Of a stretch of DNA of 64,000 nt, positions 47,046 through 55,709 are shown one piece after another. Position numbers and translations under genes: made by a program. Origin of the DNA: Candidatus Woesebacteria bacterium (GTDB lineage: Bacteria; Patescibacteriota; Microgenomatia; UBA8517); contig CP066693.1 of the NCBI GenBank assembly GCA_016432525.1, positions 160,815 through 224,814 on the forward strand. The letters are read 5' to 3'. The notes under the pieces are model-generated. The model was not told where the DNA came from, did not search any database, and worked only from the letters and a program-made list of their open reading frames with translations. The number at the start of each line of letters is the position of its first letter. The stretch's first letter is position 1.

Positions 47046-47630
47046 ATGGACCTTCAACCCGCACGAGTTTATTTATTTCAAAACCTAGAATGGATGCTCT
47101 GGAATCTATTTCTGGCTGCAATTCCTTATTTTCTTTCTCTTTATCTTTTTCGCCCTAAAACCAAAGTAACTAAAATTTGGAGTGCTGCCTTCGCAATTTT
47201 TATTCTATTTCTTCCCAATGCTCCATATATCTTAACCGACATAATCCATCTTTATACTTTAAGTTTTAAACTAGCTTCAGTTAGAGGACTTATGGCTGCA
47301 ATTCTGCAATATTCAATTTTTGTAATATTAGGCGTAGCTCTTTTTCTTAAAAGCTATCAAAGATTTGAAATTTTCCTAGTTAAAAAACTCAAAATCTACG
47401 TGCTTCCATTTAGAATTACTATCTTTGCCATTTTAAGTATTGGAGTTTACCTAGGAAGATTTTACCGTTTTAATAGCTGGGATCTTTTTATAAATCCAAT
47501 TTCTCTATTGCAGAATTTAAAATATCTACTCTCAGTGAGCGGAGTGTCTTATATCGCTCTTTTTACAATAATGATCGCTCTTTTATACTACCTCTACGAA
47601 AATTTCTCCTCTTTAGCTAAACTAAAATAA
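47046..47630 (+). CDS. Integral membrane protein (5-6 TM), unknown function
   Basis: 194 aa, multiple hydrophobic helices. Confidence 0.45.
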   Translation: MDLQPARVYLFQNLEWMLWNLFLAAIPYFLSLYLFRPKTKVTKIWSAAFAIFILFLPNAPYILTDIIHLYTLSFKLASVRGLMAAILQYSIFVILGVALFLKSYQRFEIFLVKKLKIYVLPFRITIFAILSIGVYLGRFYRFNSWDLFINPISLLQNLKYLLSVSGVSYIALFTIMIALLYYLYENFSSLAKLK

Positions 47631-47631
47631 G

Positions 47632-49173
47632 TTGCTTACTAAAATTGCATCAGCCGCCCATTTTGGTCTGGAGTCAGTCCCCATTACAGTAGAGGTTAAT
47701 GTTTTCAAAAAAGGTTTTCCCGGTTTTAATATAATCGGTCTTCCAAATAAGGCAGTTGACGAAGCAAAGGAAAGAGTAAAAACTGCACTAATTAACTCAG
47801 GCATTGATTTCCCAACCCTTAAAATAATTGTAAATCTAGCGCCAGCCGATATTCCCAAAGAGGGGAGCGCCTACGATTTACCAATTGCAATTGGAATTTT
47901 AAACTCTCTAGAAATAATTAAATTACCAAATGAAAAATCATACTTTTATGGAGAGCTCTCTCTAGATGGAACTCTTCGTCATACAAAAGGAGTTTTACTT
48001 TTAGCAATAGAAGCCCGCAAAAATAAAGTAAAAAATCTCTTTGTCCCAGAAGACTCTTCTCACGAAGGAGCAGTTGTGAAAGAAGTAAATATTTATCCAG
48101 TTAAATCAATAACTGCACTAATTTCGCACTTAAATGATGGCGCTAAGATTCCTAAATTAAAACCTAAAATCGGCAAAACAAACTCAAAAAGAAAATTTTT
48201 TGTTGAGTTCGATTTCTCAGAAATTATAGGCCAAGAGCAAGCAAAAAGAGCTCTAACTATTGCAGCCTCGGGTGGACACAACATTTTTATGCAGGGCCCT
48301 CCAGGCTCTGGAAAAACAATGCTAGCTCGAGCTGTCCCAGGAATTTTACCCGATTTATTGGATGAAGAAAGTCTAGAAGTAACCAAAATTTACTCAATTG
48401 CAGCTCTAATTTCTCCCGGCCAATCTTTAATAAGAACACGCCCTTTTAGAGTTGTTCATCATACAACTTCCAGAATAGGACTAATTGGAGGAGGAAGTAA
48501 TCCTCATCCTGGTGAAATTTCTCTTGCCCATCGTGGAGTATTGTTTCTGGATGAGTTTCCAGAATTTAGTCGCAGTTGCCTCGAAAGCCTTCGTCAACCC
48601 TTGGAGGACGGGGTGGTTTCAATCTCTCGCGCAGCAGGTTCAATAAAATTTCCAGCCGAATTTATGTTGATTGCAGCAGCCAATCCCTGTCCTTGTGGCT
48701 ATCTTGGTGATCCCAAACGAAATTGTAAATGTTCACCACGCTCAATTATGCGCTATCAATCAAAGCTTTCAGGTCCTTTAATGGACCGCATAGATCTTCA
48801 TATAAACGTCCCAACAGTTGATGTAGATAAGCTCATAAATACAGAAAAAATCAAAACTAATATTCAAAATAGTCAGTCAATTCGAAAAGAAGTAATAAGA
48901 GCAAGAAAAATTCAATCAGATCGTTTTAAAAAAGACAAAATATTTACAAATTCGGATATGAAAAATAAACACATCAAAAAATATTGCAAACTAAATCCTT
49001 CAGGAAGTTTAATTCTAAAACAAGCAGTTGCATCCTTTAATTTATCAGCCAGAACTTATTTTAGAATTATAAAAATCGCAAGAAGCATTGCTGATTTGGA
49101 TAATTCAAACTTCATTGAAGATAAGCACATAGCTGAAGCTCTTCAATACAGAGTCCGTACAAATATTAATTAA
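47632..49173 (+). CDS. comM: YifB/ComM family Mg-chelatase-like AAA+ ATPase
   Basis: N-terminal ChlI-like lon-protease-like domain (GLESVPITVEVNV...GFPGFNIIGLP), Walker A GPPGSGKTML, C-terminal Mg-chelatase domain; TTG start. Confidence 0.8.
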   Translation: MLTKIASAAHFGLESVPITVEVNVFKKGFPGFNIIGLPNKAVDEAKERVKTALINSGIDFPTLKIIVNLAPADIPKEGSAYDLPIAIGILNSLEIIKLPNEKSYFYGELSLDGTLRHTKGVLLLAIEARKNKVKNLFVPEDSSHEGAVVKEVNIYPVKSITALISHLNDGAKIPKLKPKIGKTNSKRKFFVEFDFSEIIGQEQAKRALTIAASGGHNIFMQGPPGSGKTMLARAVPGILPDLLDEESLEVTKIYSIAALISPGQSLIRTRPFRVVHHTTSRIGLIGGGSNPHPGEISLAHRGVLFLDEFPEFSRSCLESLRQPLEDGVVSISRAAGSIKFPAEFMLIAAANPCPCGYLGDPKRNCKCSPRSIMRYQSKLSGPLMDRIDLHINVPTVDVDKLINTEKIKTNIQNSQSIRKEVIRARKIQSDRFKKDKIFTNSDMKNKHIKKYCKLNPSGSLILKQAVASFNLSARTYFRIIKIARSIADLDNSNFIEDKHIAEALQYRVRTNIN

Positions 49174-49904
49174 TGGAAAATCCGATTAAGTATTAAAGTA
49201 AGTTCAAACAAAATTACTAAAGGCAAGGTGAGTAAGATGTCTGCAAGTACCGAATCTGGTGGCAATAGGACAGCAAAGATAAAAGAGCCGAGATAAATCC
49301 ATGGACGTTGCTTGCTTAGATGTTGATGCTTAACAATTCCGATACGCATCAAAAGTAAAAGAACTATTGGAAATTGAAAACCAATTCCCATCAAAGCAGA
49401 AGTCAAAACTACTGTTGTAAGTAAATTGCTAATGTCTAGTATATTGCCAATGCCCAATGAAATTGATCTACTAAGAAATATTTGAATTTGCCATTTCATG
49501 ATAAGAGCTCCAAACAAAAATCCGCCTAAAAAAAGAATCAGTGAAAAAGGCAAAAACCTGACAACCATTTTATACTCCTTTATCCTAAGAGCTGGCTTCA
49601 AAAAAGATAAAATTTGAATTACAAGGACTGGAAAGGACAGAATAAGTCCAGAAGCCACCCCACAAGAAATCGCTAGATTAATAAATTGAAAAGGTGAAGT
49701 AAAAACTATATTAATACCTTTTAGACTAAGAATGTCAATCAAAAATTTTATTATCTCTTCATAAAAGAAAAATCCACCCATGGTTGCTAACCCAAAAACC
49801 AAAAGTGTAAAAACGATTCTTTTTCTAACTTCGTTTAAAAAAGGGGAGTACTTATCAACTAAAGCTTTTAGCTCAGGAGAAGTAAGGGGTTTAATATTTT
49901 CCAC
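49170..49904 (-). CDS. tatC: Twin-arginine translocase subunit TatC
   Basis: 244 aa, 6 TM; N-terminus LTSPELKALVDKYSPFLNEVRKRIVFTLLVF typical TatC. Confidence 0.7.
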   Translation of the reverse strand: MENIKPLTSPELKALVDKYSPFLNEVRKRIVFTLLVFGLATMGGFFFYEEIIKFLIDILSLKGINIVFTSPFQFINLAISCGVASGLILSFPVLVIQILSFLKPALRIKEYKMVVRFLPFSLILFLGGFLFGALIMKWQIQIFLSRSISLGIGNILDISNLLTTVVLTSALMGIGFQFPIVLLLLMRIGIVKHQHLSKQRPWIYLGSFIFAVLLPPDSVLADILLTLPLVILFELTLILNRIFH

Positions 49905-49926
49905 AATAACAACATTTTAACAAACT

Positions 49927-50091
49927 TTACTCTTTTTTTTCTTTTTCATCGCTATCTTTTGAAGCTTTCTTAAACTCTCTGACAGCATCCCCAAGACCCT
50001 TGAAAAATTCTGGGATTCTCTTACCTCCAAACAAAAGAAGTACTATAACTGCAACAATTATTAATTCAGTCGGTCCTATAGATTGAAACAT
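49927..50091 (-). CDS. tatA: Twin-arginine translocase TatA/E-family protein (second copy, 54 aa)
   Basis: Not in ORF track (under 60 aa). Reverse-complement translation MFQSIGPTELIIVAVIVLLLFGGKRIPEFFKGLGDAVREFKKASKD... has the TatA TM-hinge (FGxK.P)-amphipathic helix pattern. Confidence 0.6.
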   Translation of the reverse strand: MFQSIGPTELIIVAVIVLLLFGGKRIPEFFKGLGDAVREFKKASKDSDEKEKKE

Positions 50092-50094
50092 AAC

Positions 50095-50307
50095 CTACTT
50101 TGAAGCCTCCTTTTCTTTTTTAGAAGATTTGTCACCATCATCTTCTATCGCTTCAGTAAAATTCTTTTTAATTTTTTTAATCTCTCTAAAAGTCTCGCCC
50201 GCTCCTTTACTCAAATTGATAACTACTTTACTGCCAAAAAATACTATCAAAATTAAAGCAATAATTACAAGCTCTGTCGGGCTTATATTTTTTATAAAAT
50301 CAAGCAT
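50095..50307 (-). CDS. tatA: Twin-arginine translocase TatA/E-family protein
   Basis: MLDFIKNISPTELVIIALILIVFFGSKVV...LSKGAGETFREIKK. Confidence 0.65.
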   Translation of the reverse strand: MLDFIKNISPTELVIIALILIVFFGSKVVINLSKGAGETFREIKKIKKNFTEAIEDDGDKSSKKEKEASK

Positions 50308-50362
50308 TTTAGTTTATTCTGACTATATATCTCTAAATTTTAAAAGGCAATAGCTAAAGTGC

Positions 50363-50563
50363 CTACACTTTACTCATGGCCGTTGTAAACCAATAAGACC
50401 CGTTAAAATATTCAAGACTATTGGTTTGGGAGTTAAAGCCAAACGTTCCTCGTCTTGCTTTTTTTGGCCTGCTGCGATTAGTCCATGAAACAAGTGTCGG
50501 AAGACTGATTATCACGGATAAACCTTGACCAAGATCCATCAAGAGGGGTAATTTTTCTGCCAT
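50363..50563 (-). CDS. Stand-alone copy of the conserved C-terminal module of the S-P-S-[I/V] repeat protein (66 aa); possibly a gene fragment/cassette
   Basis: SWTNRSRPKKARRGTFGFNSQTNSLEYFNGSYW aligns residue by residue with SWNIAGRPKNVKKGTFGFNFQTNHLEYWNGSAW at the C-terminus of CDS 50580..52169. Confidence 0.45.
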   Translation of the reverse strand: MAEKLPLLMDLGQGLSVIISLPTLVSWTNRSRPKKARRGTFGFNSQTNSLEYFNGSYWFTTAMSKV

Positions 50564-50579
50564 CTGAAAGTATTATATA

Positions 50580-52169
50580 TTAAATTTTCTTCATTGGAAG
50601 TTTTAGCCAGGCTGATCCATTCCAATATTCCAAATGGTTTGTTTGGAAATTAAATCCAAACGTTCCCTTCTTTACATTTTTCGGTCTGCCGGCAATATTC
50701 CACGATGGGATTACCTTCTGTTCAATAGGACCAAATAATTGTTGAGTAGCTGTAATTTTGCGGCTAATGATCTGAGGATTTCTCATAAATATTGGTTTTT
50801 CTTCAACCAATGGCAATGGTAATTCGGCTACAGAAGGACTAGCTGATGGGGATGGACTTATGCCGGCGGAAGGGGATGCGGAAGGGGATGCGGAAGGGGA
50901 AGGACTACTTACACCAACTGATGGTGACACAGATGGTGAAGCGCTTGCTCCGGCCATAGAAGGGCTGGCTGAAGGACTAATACTGGGTGATATAGAATTC
51001 GGAGGTGAAATACTTGGAGAGATTGAAGCCGATGGAGATACACTCGGGCTGGCTGAAGGACTAATACTGGCGCTGGGAGAAATAGAAGGCGATCTTGACG
51101 GCGAGATTGATGCTGACGGTGACACAGATGGTGAAACACTTGCAGAGATGCTAGAAGAAAGAGATGGGCTAACAGATGGAGATATAGATGCTGATGGAGA
51201 GATTGAAGCCGATGGAGATACACTCGGGCTAACAGATCGAGAAACACTTGGTGAAGCAGACGGTGAAATACTTGGAGAGATTGACGGGGATGTGCTCGAA
51301 ACGGCTGATGGTGAAACAGAAGGGCTAATTGAGGGACTTATTGACAGACTAATAGATGGAGAGATTGATGCTGACGGTGACACAGATGGTGAAATACTTG
51401 GAGATCTTGAAGGTGAAACGCTTGGACTTGGAGACATTGAGGGGGAAATCGATGGTGATACTGATGGAGAGGTGCTTGGACTAGGCGAAACAGAAGGCGA
51501 GATACTCGGGCTAGATGAAGGAGAAATTGATGGCGAAGGAGATACAGACGGAGACACACTTGAGCTTGGTGAAACTGAAGGTGATACTGAAGAGCTGATA
51601 GACGGTGAGACAGAGGGCGAGATAGATGAGCTAATGGAAGGAGATACAGATGGGGAAGGTGAGATCGATGGACTAACCGAAGAACTGATGGATGGTGAAA
51701 TACTTGGACTTGGTGAAACTGACGGACTAATTGACGGACTTATAGATGGAGATATTGAAGGAGATGGTGAAACAGACGGCGATGCACTTACCCCAACTGA
51801 AGGTGAAACTGATGGTGAAATCGAAGGAGAAATTGATGGCGAAACAGATGGAGAGACAGATGGGGACGCACTTACACCAACTGATGGCGAAACCGAAGGA
51901 CTTATAGATGGTGAGACACTCGGACTTGGTGAAACAGAAGGGGAGATCGATGGTGATCTTGAAGGAGATACGCTTGGGCTAATGGAAGGAGATATAGATG
52001 AGGAAGGTGAAATAGATGGACTTACTGATGGTGAAATAGAGGGTGAAACACTTGGACTAGGTGAAACAGATGGACTAATTGACGGACTTACAGATGGTGA
52101 AATACTTGGGCTTGGTGAAACAGACGGACTTATTGATGGTGAAACAGAAGGAGAGATCGAAGGTGACAC
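50580..52169 (-). CDS. S-P-S-[I/V] tetrapeptide-repeat protein, segment C (repeat tract + conserved C-terminal domain)
   Basis: About 110 tandem SPS[IV] units then ...ELPLPLVEEKPIFMRNPQIISRK...KGTFGFNFQTNHLEYWNGSAWLKLPMKKI. GTG start lies 17 nt after the stop of segment B in the +2 frame. Confidence 0.55.
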   Translation of the reverse strand: MSPSISPSVSPSISPSVSPSPSISPSVSPSISPSVSPSPSVSPSISPSVSPSISPSSSISPSISPSVSPSRSPSISPSVSPSPSVSPSISPSVSPSVGVSASPSVSPSVSPSISPSISPSVSPSVGVSASPSVSPSPSISPSISPSISPSVSPSPSISPSISSSVSPSISPSPSVSPSISSSISPSVSPSISSSVSPSVSPSSSVSPSVSPSPSISPSSSPSISPSVSPSPSTSPSVSPSISPSMSPSPSVSPSRSPSISPSVSPSASISPSISLSISPSISPSVSPSAVSSTSPSISPSISPSASPSVSRSVSPSVSPSASISPSASISPSVSPSLSSSISASVSPSVSPSASISPSRSPSISPSASISPSASPSVSPSASISPSISPPNSISPSISPSASPSMAGASASPSVSPSVGVSSPSPSASPSASPSAGISPSPSASPSVAELPLPLVEEKPIFMRNPQIISRKITATQQLFGPIEQKVIPSWNIAGRPKNVKKGTFGFNFQTNHLEYWNGSAWLKLPMKKI

Positions 52170-53700
52170 TGACGGTGATGCACTTACTCCAATTGAGGGG
52201 AAACCGAAGGACTGATTGATGGACTAATAGAGGGTGAGATAGATGGTGATGGTGAAACAGATGGCGAAATACTTGGTGATCTCGAAGGTGAGACACTCGG
52301 ACTTGGTGAAACCGAGGGTGAAACAGATGGGCTGACAGAAGGAGATATGGAAGGTGATGGTGATGCGGATGGCGATATCGATGGTGATCTTGAAGGAGAT
52401 ACGCTTGGGCTAATGGAAGGTGATATTGATGGACTTGGAGAAACAGATGGAGAAATAGAGGGGCTAATTGATGGTGAAATACTTGGGCTTGGAGAAACCG
52501 AAGGACTGATTGATGGACTAATAGAGGGTGAAGCGCTTGGTGAAATACTTGGACTTAGAGAAGGTGAAACAGATGGACTAATTGACGGACTTACAGATGG
52601 TGAAATACTTGGGCTTGGTGAAACAGACGGACTTATTGATGGTGAAACAGAAGGAGAGATCGAAGGTGACACTGACGGTGATGCACTTACTCCAATTGAG
52701 GGGATATAGATGCCGAGGGTGATACAGAAGGCGAGACGCTCGGACTGATGGATGGAGAAACAGAGGGTGAAGGAGATACAGAAGGAGATACGCTTGGCGA
52801 GATAGATGGAGACACACTTGGACTAACTGATGGTGAAACACTTGGACTAGGAGAAACAGATGGTGATATTGATGGACTAATGGAAGGAGATATAGATGAG
52901 GAAGGTGAAATAGATGGACTTACTGATGGTGAAATAGAGGGTGAAACACTTGGACTTGGAGAAACCGAAGGACTGATTGACGGACTTACAGATGGCGAAA
53001 TACTCGGACTAACTGAAGGAGAGACACTTGGTGAAACCGAAGGACTTATAGATGGTGAAATACTAGGACTTGGTGAAACAGATGGCGAAATACTTGGCGA
53101 GATAGATGGAGACACACTTGGACTAGGTGAAACAGATGGACTAATGCTGGGTGATATTGATGGAGATATAGATGCCGAGGGTGATACAGAAGGCGAGATA
53201 CTCGGACTGATTGATGGAGAAATACTAGATGATGGTGAAACAGATGGACTAATTGACGGACTTACAGATGGAGATACACTCGGACTTGGTGAAACAGATG
53301 AACTAATAGATGGTGAAATAGAAGGTGAAACTGACGGACTAATACTTGGACTGACAGATGGTGATACTGATGGTGAGGGGGAAACAGATGGACTAATAGA
53401 TGGACTTATTGACGGTGAAAGAGATGGTGAGGGGGAAACAGATGGGGAGATTGAAGGGCTAACTGAAGGAGAAATGGATGGTGAAGGAGATACAGAAGGA
53501 GATACGCTTGGCGAGATAGATGGAGACACACTTGAACTTGGTGAAACAGAAGGGGAGATCGACGGTGACACTGATGGTGAAACAGATGAACTAATAGATG
53601 GTGAAATAGAAGGTGAAACTGACGGACTAATACTTGGACTGACAGATGGTGATACTGATGGTGAGGGGGAAACAGATGGACTAATAGATGGTGAAAATGA
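50830..53700. repeat. ~2.9-kb degenerate 12-nt (4-codon) tandem repeat tract encoding (S-P-S-[I/V])n on the minus strand
   Basis: Plus-strand units of the form ga[tc]gg[tcag]ga[ag]a[ct][at]ga[at]gg...; every frame on both strands is open, giving the mirrored D/E/G-rich and H/L-rich ORFs in the track. Exact 142-nt repeats at 52060-52201 and 52563-52704. Confidence 0.9.
52184..52672 (-). CDS. S-P-S-[I/V] repeat protein, segment B (pure repeat, 162 aa)
   Basis: Begins GTG and ends SPQLE-stop inside an exact 142-nt repeat. Reading frame of A continues into B and C if one nucleotide is restored at each junction. Confidence 0.45.
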   Translation of the reverse strand: MSPSISPSVSPSISPSVSPSPSISPSVSPSISPSVSPSLSPSISPSASPSISPSISPSVSPSPSISPSISPSISPSVSPSPSISPSISPSVSPSRSPSISPSASPSPSISPSVSPSVSPSVSPSPSVSPSRSPSISPSVSPSPSISPSISPSISPSVSPQLE

Positions 53701-54375
53701 AGACCCTGCCTCATTCCAAGTAAGTGTTATTGCGCCAACAGCACCTGTTCCGCCTCTTTTGACGGTTGTTCCTGAATTACTTCCCGCGCCGCCTCCACCA
53801 CCGCCAGGATATACACCGTTAGAACCGTTAGCATTAGCTGCTCCACCACTTCCACCGCTTCCGCCGCCTCCTGCGCCGCTTCCGCCGTTGGGCGGTGCAC
53901 CATTGGTACCGCTGGCTCCATTCTGGGCATTTCCAGCTGCAGCTCCTCCACCTCCGCCTACGGTGGTTGCATTCGCAGCGCCATTTCCACCATTATTTCC
54001 AGCAGGAATTGAATTAACTCCGTTTCCTGCAGCACCTCCAGCACCACTTCTGTTTCCGGCGCCACCACCTGAAGCTTCAACCTCATTATTGTTATAACCA
54101 GACTGCCCACCTGGAGTTCCGTTAGTATTGTTGGTACTTGCCCCTGCACCTCCAACGCCGATTAGAATAGTCAAGACATCGTTTGGATTTGCAACGACAC
54201 TATTGATAGTATAAGCTCCACCTCCGCCTCCTCCAGCACCATGAGCGCCTGTAGTTCTACCGTAAGAACCACCTCCACCTCCGCCTCCCCAAACTTCAAC
54301 AGTAACATTACCACTTATATTGCTTGGAACTGTCCAGTTATTATTATTGTTGAAGGTGATTGTATTTTGGGCCAT
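52687..54375 (-). CDS. S-P-S-[I/V] repeat protein, segment A (Gly/Asn-rich N-terminal domain + repeat tract)
   Basis: Firm start (in-frame TAG two codons upstream): [39 protein letters not shown]...[12 protein letters not shown]. ~210-aa Gly/Asn/Ala-rich domain then ~85 SPS[IV] units. No signal peptide. Confidence 0.6.
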   Translation of the reverse strand: MAQNTITFNNNNNWTVPSNISGNVTVEVWGGGGGGGSYGRTTGAHGAGGGGGGAYTINSVVANPNDVLTILIGVGGAGASTNNTNGTPGGQSGYNNNEVEASGGGAGNRSGAGGAAGNGVNSIPAGNNGGNGAANATTVGGGGGAAAGNAQNGASGTNGAPPNGGSGAGGGGSGGSGGAANANGSNGVYPGGGGGGAGSNSGTTVKRGGTGAVGAITLTWNEAGSSFSPSISPSVSPSPSVSPSVSPSISPSVSPSISPSISSSVSPSVSPSISPSVSPSSSVSPSISPSVSPSVSPSPSISPSVSPSISPSVSPSPSLSPSISPSISPSVSPSPSVSPSVSPSISPSVSPSISPSISSSVSPSPSVSPSVSPSISPSVSPSSSISPSISPSISPSVSPSASISPSISPSISPSVSPSPSVSPSISPSISPSVSPSPSISPSISPSVSPSVSPSVSPSISPSVSPSISPSVSPSPSVSPSISPSVSPSISPSSSISPSISPSISPSVSPSPSVSPSVSPSVSPSISPSVSPSVSPSPSVSPSISPSVSPSVSPSASISPQLE

Positions 54376-54450
54376 ATTCTAGAATTCAATCTTCCGCAAA
54401 ACGGTGTGGAATGTTCCTGTTACAGGTGCGGCACTATTTGATGTTCTCGA

Positions 54451-55704
54451 TTATCCTTTAATGACGTACCATATCCGCCCCGGCCCAATTGCCGGCTTTA
54501 GCAGACAATCAAAAAGGGCTTTCTTAACCGTCTCATGATCATAATCATGTCCGCAAAATAACTTCTTACACTTCGGAAGCCAGGCCTTTACATCCTTCAC
54601 GACCGAATCATAATCATGAGAAGCATCAATCCAGACCATATCAATAGAATTGTCCTCAAACTTTTCAGATGCGGTTATACTATCCAATCGAATAAGATCA
54701 ACATTGGAAAAATCTTTTGTATTTTTTATAAATTCTTTCTCAACATCCACGGCCGGTGAATCTCCAACTTTAGGTATAAGAAACCTCTCCGGAACAGTGG
54801 CGTATCCGTCGGATGGATTTGCTTGAAAATTATCGATTGCATATACCTTGCCCTTGCAAGCACTAGCCAGAGCGTGTGCGTCTCTCCCTTTCCAAGCGCC
54901 AATTTCAGCAACACAGTTCATATCTTTGGCCATGAGGTAGAGCCACGACAGTTCAGGTAAATCTGTCCATCCCTCAATCTTCGGGTCTTTATAATCCGTT
55001 ATTTCCCATGTGGCGAGAATATTTTTCATCAATTCCACTTTTTCCTTTATATTGATGGTATATTGGTGCCAGAAATAGTTTCCGCCGCCGCGTTCTTCTA
55101 TAATCTTATCCACTCTCTTAAACTTTAAACCAAAACGGGCGATATTTCGAGAAAGCATATAATCATCTATCAAATGCTCGCGAGTAATTACCGTATTCAA
55201 TTCATTCTGGATTGGAAATATATTCTTTAATGCCTCTTCGTAAGGTATATCTAAAGGATGCCAGAGATCCAGACACCAATCAGAAGCAATTGTCAGCCAA
55301 TTACAAGAACCAATATGCCGTCCATCCCGACGGAAATAATCATCATATCGCCAACGAATATTTGCCATGTCATTACCATTATGGCAAACCGTGTCTTTAG
55401 AAATAAACTCTGTTACATCAAACATATCCGGGTGAACTAAAGCATCGGAGTCAATATAAATATTCCAATCATTTTTCATTTGCCGGCCGAGGTCATAAAT
55501 TTGCATCTTCTCATATACCGGTGGAAATTTGGGAAACTTGCGCTCTTTGATAATATAAAAATCAGCCCCTATTTTATCTGCGTAGCGCTTGATCAAGGGA
55601 TAAGTAAATTCTGTTATTTCCGGAGCATACCCGTCAACATTGAGAGTAAAAATAGTTTTTTTTAATTTTCTTTGACCCATACTATCTGTATTATACAATT
55701 CCAT
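54451..55704 (-). CDS. Bifunctional-looking protein: N-terminal GT-A-like nucleotide-sugar transferase domain (DxD) + C-terminal class I SAM-dependent methyltransferase (Methyltransf_24/TylF-like)
   Basis: N-terminus ...NIYIDSDALVHPDMF (DxD). C-terminus CVAEIGAWKGRDAHALA...IDMVWIDASHDYDSVVKDV...LFCGHDYD, characteristic of macrocin-O-methyltransferase-like MTases. Confidence 0.5.
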   Translation of the reverse strand: MELYNTDSMGQRKLKKTIFTLNVDGYAPEITEFTYPLIKRYADKIGADFYIIKERKFPKFPPVYEKMQIYDLGRQMKNDWNIYIDSDALVHPDMFDVTEFISKDTVCHNGNDMANIRWRYDDYFRRDGRHIGSCNWLTIASDWCLDLWHPLDIPYEEALKNIFPIQNELNTVITREHLIDDYMLSRNIARFGLKFKRVDKIIEERGGGNYFWHQYTINIKEKVELMKNILATWEITDYKDPKIEGWTDLPELSWLYLMAKDMNCVAEIGAWKGRDAHALASACKGKVYAIDNFQANPSDGYATVPERFLIPKVGDSPAVDVEKEFIKNTKDFSNVDLIRLDSITASEKFEDNSIDMVWIDASHDYDSVVKDVKAWLPKCKKLFCGHDYDHETVKKALFDCLLKPAIGPGRIWYVIKG

Positions 55705-55709
55705 TTATA

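Noticed and set aside
50830-53700. Possible CRISPR array because of dense short tandem repeats
   Set aside because: Period is 12 nt with no unique spacers, fully coding in-frame, no cas genes or leader; this is a protein-coding tandem repeat, not CRISPR
50860-54097. Plus-strand D/E/G-rich ORFs (50860..52215, 52347..52709, 52748..54097) and His/Leu-rich minus-frame ORFs across the repeat tract
   Set aside because: These are mirror or alternate frames of the 12-nt repeat. The minus SPS frame is the only one tied to a non-repetitive N-terminal domain with a firm start, a distinct C-terminal domain with a stop, and co-oriented flanking genes. The Pro-rich tail of 52748..54097 is just the antisense of the Gly-rich head.
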